Source of the DNA: Epiperipatus broadwayi
Lineage: Eukaryota; Animalia; Onychophora
Assembly: GCA_028023455.1 (NCBI GenBank)
Contig: JAQFVV010000008.1
Location: forward strand, 17,422,001-17,486,000
DNA length: 64,000 bases
Direction: 5' to 3'
Part shown: positions 26,130-38,865 of the stretch, piece by piece
How the letters are laid out: each line of letters begins with the position of its first letter
Numbering within the stretch: the stretch's first letter is position 1
The notes under the pieces: model-generated
What the model was told of the DNA's origin: nothing
Databases searched by the model: none
Seen by the model: the letters and a program-made list of their open reading frames with translations, nothing else
Position numbers and translations under genes: made by a program

Positions 26130-27873
26130 GTTTTTCATAGATGGTCGCTGGAAGGGTTGCAAAATGGATGGAAGAAAATAATGTAATGGAGGAAATGCAA
26201 GGAGATTTTATATCAGATAGGTGTATAGGAGATAGATTATTTGTAGTTACACAACTTATGGATATGAGTAGGAATTCAGGTTGACAGTTATGTATGAGTT
26301 TTATAGATATAGAGAAGGCATGTGATAGAGTAAATAGAAATAGACTATGGGTAAGTTTAGCAAATTTGGGAATGGATGAAGCTTTAGTGGATATTATTAA
26401 GAAATTATATGAAAATAATTACTATACGTATCAATTAGGGGATATAGTATCAGTTAAAGTTAAAAATGGTGTGGGACTAAGGCAAGGATGCCCTATATCA
26501 CCTATTTTATTTTTGTTGTATTTGAGTGAAATGGAGAGAGCAATAGAAAGACGAGAAAGAGGGATAGAGATACCATTAATAGGTGACAAGGGAGCATATA
26601 TTTTGTCAGGTCTTTTTTTTTTATGGATGATGTCTTTTTGTGTGTAGAAAGAAGAGAAGATGTGGAAGTTATGCTGACGATATGCACAAGGGTGGGTAAA
26701 GAGATGGGGATTAAATTTAGTTAAGGGTGGTGAATAGATGTAGTTATTTGGGAATCATCTTAAGTAATCAGAAAAGTTGCTTGGATGAATTGGAGAAAAA
26801 AATGATAAATGAAGCAAAGAAAAGAAAGGGATTGATAAAGAAATTAATAGTGTTTTCATATAATAAATATGATGTAGCTAGAATTGTATGGAAGGGAGTT
26901 GCAGTAGCAGGGTTAATGATGCGTTGTGTTAGTAAAGGAGTATTAAATTACTTAGAAAAAGTACAAAGGGAAGTAGGAAGACATGCAATAGATGCAGATG
27001 TGTGGACAGCAAAGGAGGCAATTCAAGGAGAAATGGGATGGTCAAGTTTTTATATGAGAGATGCAAAAAGTAAAATGAAAATGTTTGGTAGGTTGCAGTT
27101 TATGGATAATAAAAGAATAGCCAAAATAATATTTAATTGGGTTATGAGTAAAGGGCAGGCAACAAGATGGGTGAGAAAGGTAATGCGGTATGCAGAAGAT
27201 TTGGATAAAGAATTTATATCAGTATACTTGTACAAAAGATGGGATGATTGTGTTAGGAGGATTGTTGATGTTATAGTGGTAAGGAATGGGATAAAAGGAT
27301 AGATGCATTAATAAAGAATAGGGAGTTGGAGAGATGGAGAACTAATATGGAGAGTAAAAAGAGTTTAAATATATATAGAAGTAAACGGAACATTGGGTGC
27401 GAGTTAATTTATGATAATAGCAAGGGCAGTAGTTTATTGTTTAAGACTCGAATGGGATCTTTAGCAACAAGAGAATATACACTTAAGTGGAAAAATATGG
27501 GTGATTTAGTCTGCAAATTCTGTAAAGAAGGCGTAGAGAATATTAGGCATCTGTTAATTGAATGTAAATGCTTGAAAGCAGAAAGGGTACAAATAATGAA
27601 GTTATAGAAGAATAAATATGAACAAAGTGATTATACAGAAAGTGGGTTATTGGGTTTTTTATGCTGGGTTTGGAAAAAGATAAGGGGAATTTAGATATAA
27701 AGGCCATAGAGTTGACAAAGATTATATTGTGGAAATGGGATGGAGCAGATTATGGGAAAACTTAGGGTGAGGAATGGAAAGGGAAGGTAAAGTGGCTAAC
27801 AGGTTTTTCTGGGCATAGTCACTGAGAAATTCTTGACTCTGTTTAAGGAGAAATCATAGTGCATCACATCATC
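26130..27873 (+). mobile_element. 5'-truncated second copy (B) of the same RTE-X-like LINE, tandem to copy A
   Basis: Aligns with 24690-26125. Retains FIDIEKACDRV, GLRQGCPISP and the C-terminal CKFCKEGVENIRHLLIEC zinc knuckle; same gcatcacatca tail. Confidence 0.9.
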
Positions 27874-29617
27874 CAAATTGCGAAGAATGTTCGACAATCA
27901 TGATTATTTATTTACAAACGACGTTCACCAAATATATTTTTAAAATGTAATCTTATATGGACTTTATTTCTATCAAATAGACACTTAAATAAAATTAAAT
28001 TATTTATTATATTTCTTTTCTTATTGGGGATCTTTCCCTAATTCTTTTTTTTTTTTACGAACCCAAACTGACTCTATCTATTATAAAAGCAAAACATTAA
28101 CATAAATTTAAAGGCAAACCTATATCTTTTTAAAATGTGATCCAAATTATTTAACAAGCCTTCTTTTCTCAAAGAAATGTGCCGTCACCCCATGTACAAC
28201 AGAAGTCCCAGTTGATTATGGCAACCCTGATCAAGTTGGAGTGAAACTCTAGGGCGGCTTACTAATAAGAATGTGCCGAATAACGACACTCAAACACCCT
28301 CTTTCTAACATTAAATATTATAATTTAAATCTTAATGGATGGCTTAAGTGTCCATTTGCTTACAGCTGTTGGGGTATTGATTTTTTTCTAACATTAGGTT
28401 CTGCTATAAGGTTTTTTTGTTAATTTATGGATGGACTTGGTAATTAAACTTTTATCCCACCTTCCTGGTTTGGCTTTTTAGATCGAGAAATTAATACTCT
28501 ATTATGCAAGATGGAATAAAAGTTTACTAAATAATAGTTCATAGTTACTCTGATCGATTGGAGATTCAGCTTTTTCCAGGTAAGCGAAGTTCTTATATGC
28601 TGGCATGAATTTTGTGTGTTGTCCATTGGCTTTTCTTGACGTCCTCGGCTAGCTGGTTAAACTTCCTTCTGTCGCTCAGGTGGCTGCAGATGAGTCAGGG
28701 AGATGAATTTCCCGAGAAGAAAGTTTCTTAAATGGTTTCTTTAGCTGGAGAACATTTTCTTGGCACTGTTGAACAATATTTTCTGGCAACAGTTCTGGAT
28801 CTACAATACTTGCTAAGCAAAATGGTCCTGACTGACTCAAACAATAGAGAACTCTGCAATTTATATGTTTAGTGTCTTTTCAAGAACTGGATTCACACTT
28901 TTAATTTATTTTTAGGCATATTTTAGTACTCCAATTTTTGTCCTTTTTTTGGTCATATTTTTCTTTTAATTATTAGAAAAAATTCTGGAACCATTAGCAA
29001 AATAGGTAACGAAATACTTTAACTATCTGAAGTTTCAACAATAGAGCTAATTACAGAAAAAAAAAATCTATACTTTTTTCTTTCATGTCCCTTTCTAAGA
29101 ATTTTAATTTAAAATAAAAACTTTTATTAGACAGAAATCTCAAGATTCGGTTTTAACTAAATAATTACACTGAAGCAATTCTGATTCCTTCCATATAAAT
29201 AAATAAAAACTTTTAAAATAATATTTCAAAAAATGTTATTTTAGACTAATATATATGCGCTTTTAATAAAATATAGCTCAATGGTAATATTCATATTATA
29301 TTCTCTACCTTTGTTTAAATATCACTTATCTTAACAATATTTTATGTATATTATTAACTAAATAGTTGTTTAATAATTTTTAGACTCTTTTGTCAAAATC
29401 ATACATTTCATTTTGAGCAGTTATAACATCTCTATTAAAAATTATATATTATTAAGTAATAGTTCTGTAAAGGTCTTATTAAAATGCTCTGTATAACTTT
29501 TATAAATGTAAATTTATATATAACTGAATTATAGAAACTCTATATAAAATTTCACAGAAAATGTGATTTTTTTTTAAAGTGAAAAAAAAAGTTTTAGATG
29601 TTCAAAGATATATAAAT

Positions 29618-30035
29618 GTTGTAATTTTATGTTGGATTATTTTCATCATCTGTTAATTAATTATTAAATCTCTTTAGAAAAATTGTAACTTTTAAAATAT
29701 ATTAAACTATTATGGATACATCATGAAGACCCTCATTGATAAATATAAGAAATTTCTATTTACTATTGCCTTTGATCAAATAGCCTAATTGGTTACAATA
29801 TAAATTCAATATTCATGAATCTAAAGATCCAAGTTTGTTTTCCATACTAGTATTGTCACTGGTCAGGCCAGTAACATCTGAAATGAGATGAGAATAATAG
29901 CACTTGAAGCATTGTGTTATATATAAACCTGTGTGCTATTATTAATACTTTAATTCATTTGAAAAGTTTGAATTTTTCTAAAATATTTAACAATTAATAT
30001 TAGATTATGGAAATACTCCAACATGTAATTACTAC
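29618..30035 (+). mobile_element. Copy of the tRNA-head/hammerhead fold-back family (short left arm, full right arm)
   Basis: ~90-bp inverted termini; internal ggatacatcatgaagaccctcattgataa, decayed A/B boxes, ctagtattgtcactggtcaggccag, and ACAT-CTGAAAT..GAAG-CA-TT-GTGT. TAAAT on both flanks (29613-29617, 30036-30040). Confidence 0.75.
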
Positions 30036-30149
30036 TAAATACATCACAAACTTTCAGACAAACTCTTATGTATAAATATGTTTTTAAATTTTGTTATTAA
30101 CCTTATTTTTTAATATTCATGTTTTAATGATTGTAATTGTATATTTTAG

Positions 30150-30712
30150 GAGTTTATGGAGTTCCTAAAAAAGTTGTTGCTCGATGTTTGATGGAAGCCA
30201 TAGATGATTTCAGTAAAGGCAATGTCAAAACATTGAAAGATATCAGATTCATTGATCCAGATGAAAAATTAGTGGAATTTGTTACAGGTGTATTCAATGA
30301 TGGTAAAAATAATGATTTTTTAGATTCTGTAATGGATAATGAGAAGAACGAAAATACTTTTTCCACAAATCAAATGTTTAAAAGTCAACCTATTTCTAAA
30401 AGCATGTACTTCCATTCAGCTGATAACATATCTAATATTCCATTTGACACACTAAAGGAAAAGGGCAGACCTTTAAGTTATGATACTTTTGATCCAATGT
30501 TTGTATCAGATCCCAAAATAGAAAATAAATTAGCAGAAGAAACTCTAAAAGACAAGCAACCACATAGGCTAACAAATTACAGAACATCAAGTAGCATGAA
30601 AGAAGATATTAGCAAGGTTAGCAAAATATTTTTTTCTACAGAAGAATCTGCAAATAAAAAAGAGCACTCTGCTTCAGAAAGTTTTAACGCTTGTGAAGAT
30701 AGTGACAACTGA
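30150..30712 (+). CDS. Probable last coding exon of the macrodomain gene (end of the macrodomain plus a charged, Ser-rich tail)
   Basis: TTTTAG acceptor, phase matches the upstream exon. VYGVPKKVVARCLMEAIDDF..LKDIRFID completes the macrodomain; frame open 563 nt to TGA 30710-30712, followed by AATAAA. Confidence 0.82.
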
Positions 30713-30713
30713 A

Positions 30714-30822
30714 AATAAAATTTTATTTTGATCACTAATTATGTCATTTATATATATATATATTACTGTTAATTTGTTAGTGTATAATTGTTTTTGAATT
30801 TACAATGTTTATAATAAATAAA
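30714..30822 (+). promoter_or_regulatory. Candidate polyadenylation signals
   Basis: AATAAA at 30714-30719, 30813-30818 and 30817-30822, downstream of the stop. The motif is common in AT-rich DNA, so support is positional only. Confidence 0.45.
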
Positions 30823-33800
30823 AGATTTGAAGTATGGATTTGGAATTAAGTTACATTAATGCAAGCAGACTAATTAACTCAACGTCAATGTAATAATAAG
30901 CCAATCAATAAACTGAATCAAGCTCATGTTAACACAAATAAATAAAAGTTTTAAAAAGTAAAGTACAATAAGTTACAATATATTGAACTGGGGTGGATGG
31001 TTTGCCAGAACAAAATTAAAAGACAAATAAAATCCCAGATGGAGTTAACACAATCTATATACTTTCGCTCTTTAATAAAATTATAACTTGAAATATAATA
31101 TGCTAACTTTTGTACAAAATATGATGCAATATTTATTATTAATCCCTTGCAATTAATGTATTGCTCCTCCACGGCCCCTTAGGCAGAGAAGAGAGTACTC
31201 AAAGAGCACCTGAAACCAAGCCAGCAGATATATACGTAAAATATATCTAACTGACCACATTTGAAGTAAACAATTCTCAATTGTTGAATTCAACACCACA
31301 TTCAAAGCGCTTTTTTGTTTTGTAGAAACATGGGCGCCAGTTACTTATCCAGAGGATAAATAATGCATTTTGAACAATGGCCACTAATCCAATGCCTAAG
31401 ATACACCCATGACTAGCTCAGTCTGTTGTAATACATTCATAAATTATTGCTTTAATTAGTGGTAAAAAGAATTGACCAACAAAATTAAACTTTAAGTTTA
31501 AAACACAATTTATTTTAATTAACATTTATTATAGTGATTTTAAATACTTTTATAAATCTTAACTAACATAACACTGGTATTTTTATATAATGATCACGCA
31601 CATTCTTAATTCCCACACTAGAATATATAACAACGCATTAAATAATATTTGACATTTAAAAACACATACATCAATAGTTCATTTATGTATGCTATAGAGT
31701 TCATTATTACTTGACTCTGGGAGGCTTCAAACTAATGCGATGGCTACTTTAGAAATGAGAATAAGAAAAATGTTATTACCTAGGATTTTAGAACATGGAT
31801 ACTTTTTGTTGTTTGCTGTGTACTTTATTTTCAGTAGGACTTTGTTTTCTTCCTGGTTGCTGCTTCAAGTGAGAATATTTCTATCCGGCCGGATGTGAGG
31901 TTTCTTGAGGAGTTTAATGCTTAGTATTCCAAAGTATTTTCTTTAAGACATTTAGATGTTGACAATGGATTTTCAAGTTGTTATGCAGGCATTATTTTCA
32001 TGGGCAGGTTAGCTGTTTCATTCGGACTCAGGCTAGAGCAAAGTTGTATGTTTCCGAAATTTCTAACACTACATTTGTCAACCGATCGATTGATTGATTT
32101 AATCTGAGGTGATCTCACTGAACTGAAGTGCACTCTTTCTCAACTGATTGTCCGATGACAAACTGGGCTATTTATTAATAAGACCTGTTGTCATTTTGAT
32201 GTCTGCCAGCAATATCTGTTGTTGAAATTTCTTCCTTGTTTTTAATTACATTCCTCTGATAAGCTTTTAATTACGTGTTTTTAGAGATCTTTTAATTAGC
32301 AGCCATTGCATGTTTTGTTTTTTACATTTTTAATTAGTAGCCATCGCTGAGTGTTATTAATTTTTTAACTTTCATTTATTTCATTTTAACACGCACACAT
32401 TTATTATATTTACAATCGCACATATATATTTTATTCCAACAACTCTTTTAAATGAAAGGGATTTCTTTTTTCTTTCTTTAACTTAAAGAGATATTTTTAT
32501 TTCGTATAAAAGATTTACATTTTAAGCTTTTATTTTTCTTTACTATTTTAAATGAAAGATTTTTTTTTAATTATTTGTAAAAGATTCATTTAAACATCTA
32601 TAGCTTTAACCTTTTCCAAGCCAAACTCTCTCCCCCAAATTACTTTTAAATTAATTCGTAAAACTTTATGAATGACACAGGGTTTAATTTTCCCCTGGGC
32701 TACAGTATTTTCTTCTTTCTTTATTTTTAAGAACTCTAAACTTTTATATTAAATTTCCTTTTATTAAACTTTTAACTATTTATTATCACATTGAAACGTT
32801 ACGTTGTTTTTATGGGAAATTTATAATTTTAATAATATTTAGACAAAATTATTATATGTACTAATACGATATTTGTACAATATATATATATTAATTAAAA
32901 TTACTGAAGATTATTTTGTTTGTTAAAGATATTAATAAATAATAATAAAAGCCGAAGTAGATCCATCAGCAACTACAAATTTGTTATTTACTAAAAATAA
33001 TAATTTACAAATGTATTTTTTTACTTTGTTATATTTCCTATTTGCAATTTAATAAGTATACATAAAAAAATATGAAAATCTATTAGCTGCCAAATTAAAA
33101 TAAAATTTTCTACAGGTTACTATTGTTAATAAAAGTATGGATTATGCTGTCTATTGAATTTAAAGTCTATATTATGGATGTCATGCATTTCTAAAAGTAA
33201 AAAAAATAATTTTTTTTTAGTTTTCTTTTAATGGCATTGTTACTAACTGTTTGGTTTTTATATGTCACTAATTTAATATTTTAGAGAGGTATGGATATGG
33301 AAAATTTCATTAATATCATTCTACATAGGTCAAGAAGTATTGTTTTCCCTTAATAAAAAAAATCATATGGCTTTATTGCTTGGAAATTCTGAAGAAGTAG
33401 AGCACTTAAGTGCCCTAGAGTTTTTTTACCACCGTACTAAACCATGCAGGGTTTGATTGCCCTTGAAGTATTGGCAAAAAACTTAATAATATTTACACTT
33501 ATATGATGAAAGCTATTTTCTCATTGGTCCTAAGCCTGTGATCTCTTTAATAAACTACTAGCATATTATTTTCTATATCTTTTCATATTCTCTTCCAAAT
33601 ATAATTAATCTTCACTTTTTGAACTTTTTATGTATAAAAAAGTGCCCTAATGGTTTTGTCCATTTTTCCCCTTCTGTACCCATTATCATCATCAATGGTA
33701 AAATCTATTCCTATATTGTTTAATTTATATATCATCATCCTTCCTGGTTTAATACTTCTCTCTTTTTTTTATATTCTTTAATTCATTTAAGTTAAATTCC

Positions 33801-33832
33801 TTCTGACTGCAAAGATAGTGGGGGCATTTTAC

Positions 33833-34126
33833 TGTAATTGTATGTTGGAATATATGTTTTTCGAAAAATTCAAGTTTTATTTAAACTTTGAAAATACATA
33901 AACTGTTAATAATAGCTCATTATTTAGCATATATAATCAATGCTTTTAAGTATATTACTGTATTCTTGTTATTATACACCTAAAGAAGAGAGAATAATAC
34001 CACTCAGAAATTGTTATGTGCTACTACTAATGGTTGAATGTATTTGAAAAGTTTAAATAAAGTTTGAATTTTTTTAAAGATATTTAACAATTCTGGATGA
34101 AGGAAGTAGACGTTCATATAATTATA
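33833..34126. mobile_element. Fold-back copy of the hammerhead family lacking the tRNA head
   Basis: Termini tgtaattgtatgttgg / tcatataattata; internal ACAC-CTAAAGA-AGAG..CTC-AGAAA; the left half is an inverted copy of the family 3' part. Confidence 0.6.
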
Positions 34127-37100
34127 ATTCTTGTATATCTAGAGAGAATATCAGCAATAATATTATTACCACAAATGTGCACAATTTTACTAATGTATTT
34201 TTAATCATGTCCATTTCATCAAAGGAGCATATTTTTTTATTCTTTAAGTATATGAATGAAGGTGATTTATTTTCATGCAACACTCATACATTACAAAATA
34301 AATATTTTGCATCATTGATGATAAGGAAAGTTTTATTCAATTATGATGAGGTATATGCTAATGTTTGTTGTGCATACATGTAAAAGTATATTGTATTTAT
34401 ATTTGAAGATGAAAATAGTTTTAATCATTGGTGATGAAACATATATTTATACATATTTGTAAAAAAATATGATGTGTTTATATTTGAAGATGTGACATTT
34501 TTTTTATAAATAAATATTGAATCCACTCGTAAGATTATGGATATATTTCGGCAAAGAAAATCTAAACTCATCAATATTTTTACATATATATTTTTGGAAA
34601 TATTTTTATGTAAAATATTTTTGAATCTTAAAAAAATATCACATTTGTAAAACTATAGGGAATTAAGTTGTTGAAACTTCAATACTTGTAAATAGATATG
34701 GTAAAAAATAAATTTCAAACTGGATCTCCAGATGATTTCAGGAAATGTAAAAACATACAAAAACAATGGATTATATTTTTGGTTTTAATTCTCATTTATC
34801 ACATATTTTTGATTGGAAACAGAAAAATGAATATTTCCAGCATAAATGATATAAACTTTGATAATGATAATATTCCACTTTCAGACATATGATGTTGAAT
34901 CCCAGTATTAATTAGCCTCTTGATTTTGTGCTCTCATTAATTTTTTATAAACCTAATTACCTCAACTTTCTTTTTTAACTCTACAAATGTATATCTACCG
35001 ATACATTTTCTTATTTACTTGCAATGATTTCAAAAATTATTTTGACAATGGTTATGATTATTTTATCAGTGCTTGTGTTCAAGTATTAGATTCACATAAA
35101 TCAAAAAAAGAAAGCACTGATAAAATATGCAAAGATCATTACCCAAAACAATTTTTGATATTATTAGCTTTTCATTGATAAATTCAAATAATATAAGACA
35201 CAAAAGTTAAATTATCTTTTATTCAAACCATGTTTCAAAAAAAAAAAAAAACAATTTGTAGTCATCTTTCTGTTGACTTAAGCTTTCCTTTCTCTGCAAG
35301 ACTAATTTCACTAAAAGCAGCTATAACAATCTTAAACCATGATTGTGTTTTAGCTATAAGTTTTCTTTGTGCAGAAAGCTTATATAAATATCAATTGAAG
35401 TTCATACTTGTATGTACTGCCTTCTCTACTATTTACTTTGCCATTATTAACATTACTGATAATGCAATTATTTCTACTGTCTAACTGTGCAAACAATCAG
35501 AGAAATAATATAGCCAGAATGTGTGACACATGCTACTGATTTAGTATCAAATATAATTATCCAAGTAAGGTGCTATGAGTTAAAACATTATGATATTTGA
35601 GATTTTCAATCATTTTCTTGATTAACATAGAATTAGTTAATAAAAGCAGGGTTTTCACTGAAGATCAGTAGTTAGAAAACTATACAGATATGTTTAACCT
35701 TTTGTTTGAAGTCACATACTTTGATCAGTATTTTTTTTTGCTAAAAAGCCAAATGTAATTATAGTTAGTTGAATTCACTAAAATTAGTGTGCTTAAATTA
35801 CCTTTATAACATTGATCTAAAACTTTTACAAAAAGTTGACTTCTATTATTACAACAATTCTCTCTCCACAAAGGGTTTTTATTACTACATTTTTCTCTCT
35901 ACAAGTTGGTTCTTCCATAATCACGTGGTTAAAATTCAATTCAAACTCAAAAGTACATCTGTTAATTTTCTGGATGAAAATAGTTAAGAAATTCTTCTTG
36001 GGAAGGTTAAGATTAGGATGGAGACATAAACAACTTTGAAGACGAGCTATATCTTTCTATATTTCAATTGACTAATTTAGATTTAAAATCATCATTTGGG
36101 ATGCATATGTGTGTCTATATTTTAAATTTGATTTGCCTAAATTTAATCTAATCTTAAAAGAAACAATTGAAATGTGTATCTATATTTCAAGTTTGATTTG
36201 CTTAATTTTAATCTCTAACATTAAAGAAATAATTGGAATGTGTGAATTTTACTATTCTGGAAAATTTATGCTGAACTTTTTTATAAAACATTTCAAAGAC
36301 TCTGTATTAACAATTTCTACTAGCTATAAAGAAGTAAAGTTTAAATGAAAGGCTGTGTGTGTATAACTTATTATAATATGCTTTATTATTATTATTGACA
36401 AGAAATATACTTAATCATTCACATCACTAGGATTAAGCAATGGAATGCATGACACATATAATTGATGAATCACTCACTTGTCTCTAAATGTGCTTATAAC
36501 TGAATGAGTGGAAGAGCATGAATACTAGATGTGAGTATTTCTATTTTATTGTTCTCATTTGTATTTGATTTGCTACTAAAATATCAATAAACTTATGTAG
36601 ACTTAAGTGGATATGAACAAATATGCTATTTGCCTGATGGATGATCTTTGAGAATTTAGCACAACTGCCTTCAATGTAATGAATTAATCTGTAAATTATT
36701 ACTAAACATATGCAATAATAAATATTTATTTCCCATTATTAAATGCTTCACATGTGACATTGCCAGCAGTTTCAGTTAGCTATTGCTAAGAACTTTTGAA
36801 ATGCACTTTAATTGGATCCAATATATATTGTTGTCCTGCAGGAAATTGTTATGTGTTTACTAATATCTATTGTTATACAGTTATCATCATAATTTTCATA
36901 CATGACCAAGATATGTTCTTTACAGACTGTGCCAATGAACTCTTATGTTCCCGCTAAAGAAGATTAATGATTATTTTTTTTGCTAGCATATGATAGATAT
37001 GTAGACCAATTATTTGTCTTATATTTTTATTTAATTATTATGTCTTTCTTCAAGAACATCTCAGAAAAAGTATAATATGGGGAAAAATTGTACTGGGTAA

Positions 37101-38489
37101 CTAATTATTATTTTAATATAATTTTATTGTATACCTGTGTTTCTATACGTGTGTGCTCGTGATAGAAATATCTGTTTGCTATTAGGAATCTAACAGCTAA
37201 TTTTAAGAAGGGATAAATGCATAAAAATTATTTTATCTTGCGTTTTCAGAAATTGTGAGGCCCATTTCTTAATAATTGTTTTGCTTCAAATTTAAAGATT
37301 TGTAGTTCGTCACAAATGAAACTTATTTCAATTTTTTAGCTAATGTTAAATACACTAAATAGTTATTTTATTATTGCTTTGCTAGAAATGGTGAGGATTA
37401 TTTAGTAGTAATTATTATATTTCAAATTTAAAATATAATTCTCAGGAATGAGAGATTCATTTTTTTAACTTATTAATTAATGTCGTTACAATATTTGTTT
37501 ATCGAATGTGATTTGAAATTATTTTGTGCATTATTATGCATGTGTGCCTGTTTGTTGTTTAATCCATTTATATAATTGTTGAATTAAAAGTAGAATGACT
37601 TGCTTTCCAATCGGTTTTGGATGGTGTGATGTGCCAAAAGAAGTGGAAGGATTAGGGATTTAGTTAAGAGTTAATTTATTATTTTTTATGCTTAGCTTGA
37701 AATGTATTTTGTGGCTATAGAGAAAGAAAGTGTTTGTGATATATATTGTGTTATAGGGATTGAGAGAACTCTCCCCAGTTTGAAATATTTGTCATGAGTG
37801 GATTATATTTTTCAGATTATGTAATTGTGTGTTATGATGATTATATTATGTGAAGTAAGGTAGTATATTTCCCTTGTTTTTCAGTGATGAGACAATGTCC
37901 ACACAAGTATTTAAGCCTCTGAATTAGGCTAAGGAGTCACTGTGTTTTGTTATTTAAATGATTAGAATTAAGAAAGTTTTCTTATCCCTCATGTATCCAT
38001 GTGAAATGTTTTCCCATCATTTATTCATAGCCAAGTGTAATGTAGTTTGCTGATAAAAAAGAAAATAAAGGTACAATTGATTTTTTCTCAGAACATCTAA
38101 AGTAGAATTAGTGTTAAAGCTTGGTTGGTTATGGCTTCATCCGTATTATAGTATTGTACCTCAATTTTATAAGTAAGCTGATCGAATACAGTTATGTTAC
38201 TTATTTTATAACAGGTAGCACAATTTAGATGCACGCATAAAATACTATTCTGAAGTTATGGAGAAAATATATCATACTAATTATTTTAAATTTTATATCA
38301 TCAATTCTCAGAATGATTCATCCTCATTTTGAATGAACAAGAAAAAGGAAAGAAAGTGCAGCTAATTAATAGAAATATTTAATTGATTTATGAAGGATAG
38401 CTTGACCTCTTACTCATATATTTAAACCCGTATTGTATTATTTTGATGTTTAACTACCCCAATGCTGATTTAGTTAGCAGAATGTTGGA

Positions 38490-38865
38490 GTTAGCTAATA
38501 GCATATGTGTATTTTAAATAAAAATATCAAGAAGTTTAATTTCATATTTTACTATTTTAGTGCTAGTGTTTATAAACGTTTCTTTTCCATAAGCATATCA
38601 GAATTGACTAATAGCTTGCGTATATTTGAAATAAAATACCAAGAAGATTAATTTCATATTTTACTATTTTAGTGCCTAGTGTTTATAAATATTTCTGTTC
38701 CATAAGCTTGTTTATATTTGAAATAAAATACAAAAAAGAGTTTAATTACATATTTAATTATTCTGGTGTAGTGTCTATAATCTTTCTTTTCATAAGCTTA
38801 TCAGAATTGACTGAGAGCTGGTATATGTTTGGAATAAAATACAAGGAAGTTTATTTTAAAGTTAG
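38490..38865 (+). repeat. Diverged tandem array of ~100-120-bp units (about 3.5 copies)
   Basis: Recurring tatatttgaaataaaatac(c/a)aagaag.ttaatt.catattt...tagtgt.tataa...ccataagc blocks. Confidence 0.8.

Larger units (their letters stand above)
7491..30149 (+). other. 22,659-bp phase-1 GT-AG intron of the macrodomain gene, filled with transposons
   Basis: GT at 7491, TTTTAG ending at 30149. Splicing gives G+GA = Gly and restores LVSS-G-VYGVPKKVVARCLMEAI, the expected continuation of a macrodomain. Confidence 0.85.

Noticed and set aside
28140-28920. GC-richer segment with partly open minus-strand frames
   Set aside because: Probably a decayed retroelement, but no gag, EN or RT motif could be identified.
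30280-30625. Alternative donors (CAG|GTGTAT at ~30287, AAG|GTTAGC at 30616) leading to downstream PARP exons
   Set aside because: No WWE or PARP-like exon was found in 30.7-64 kb and the frame stays open to the stop; not excluded beyond the window.
31150-32350. GC-richer blocks with a TAGCTCAGT A-box-like word and a gag-like minus-strand start
   Set aside because: No B box, termini or recognisable domain.
33390-33800. Minus-strand GKMDKT...YIWK.I.KDIE resembling an integrase zinc-binding region
   Set aside because: The His and Cys ligands are not readable; too weak to call.
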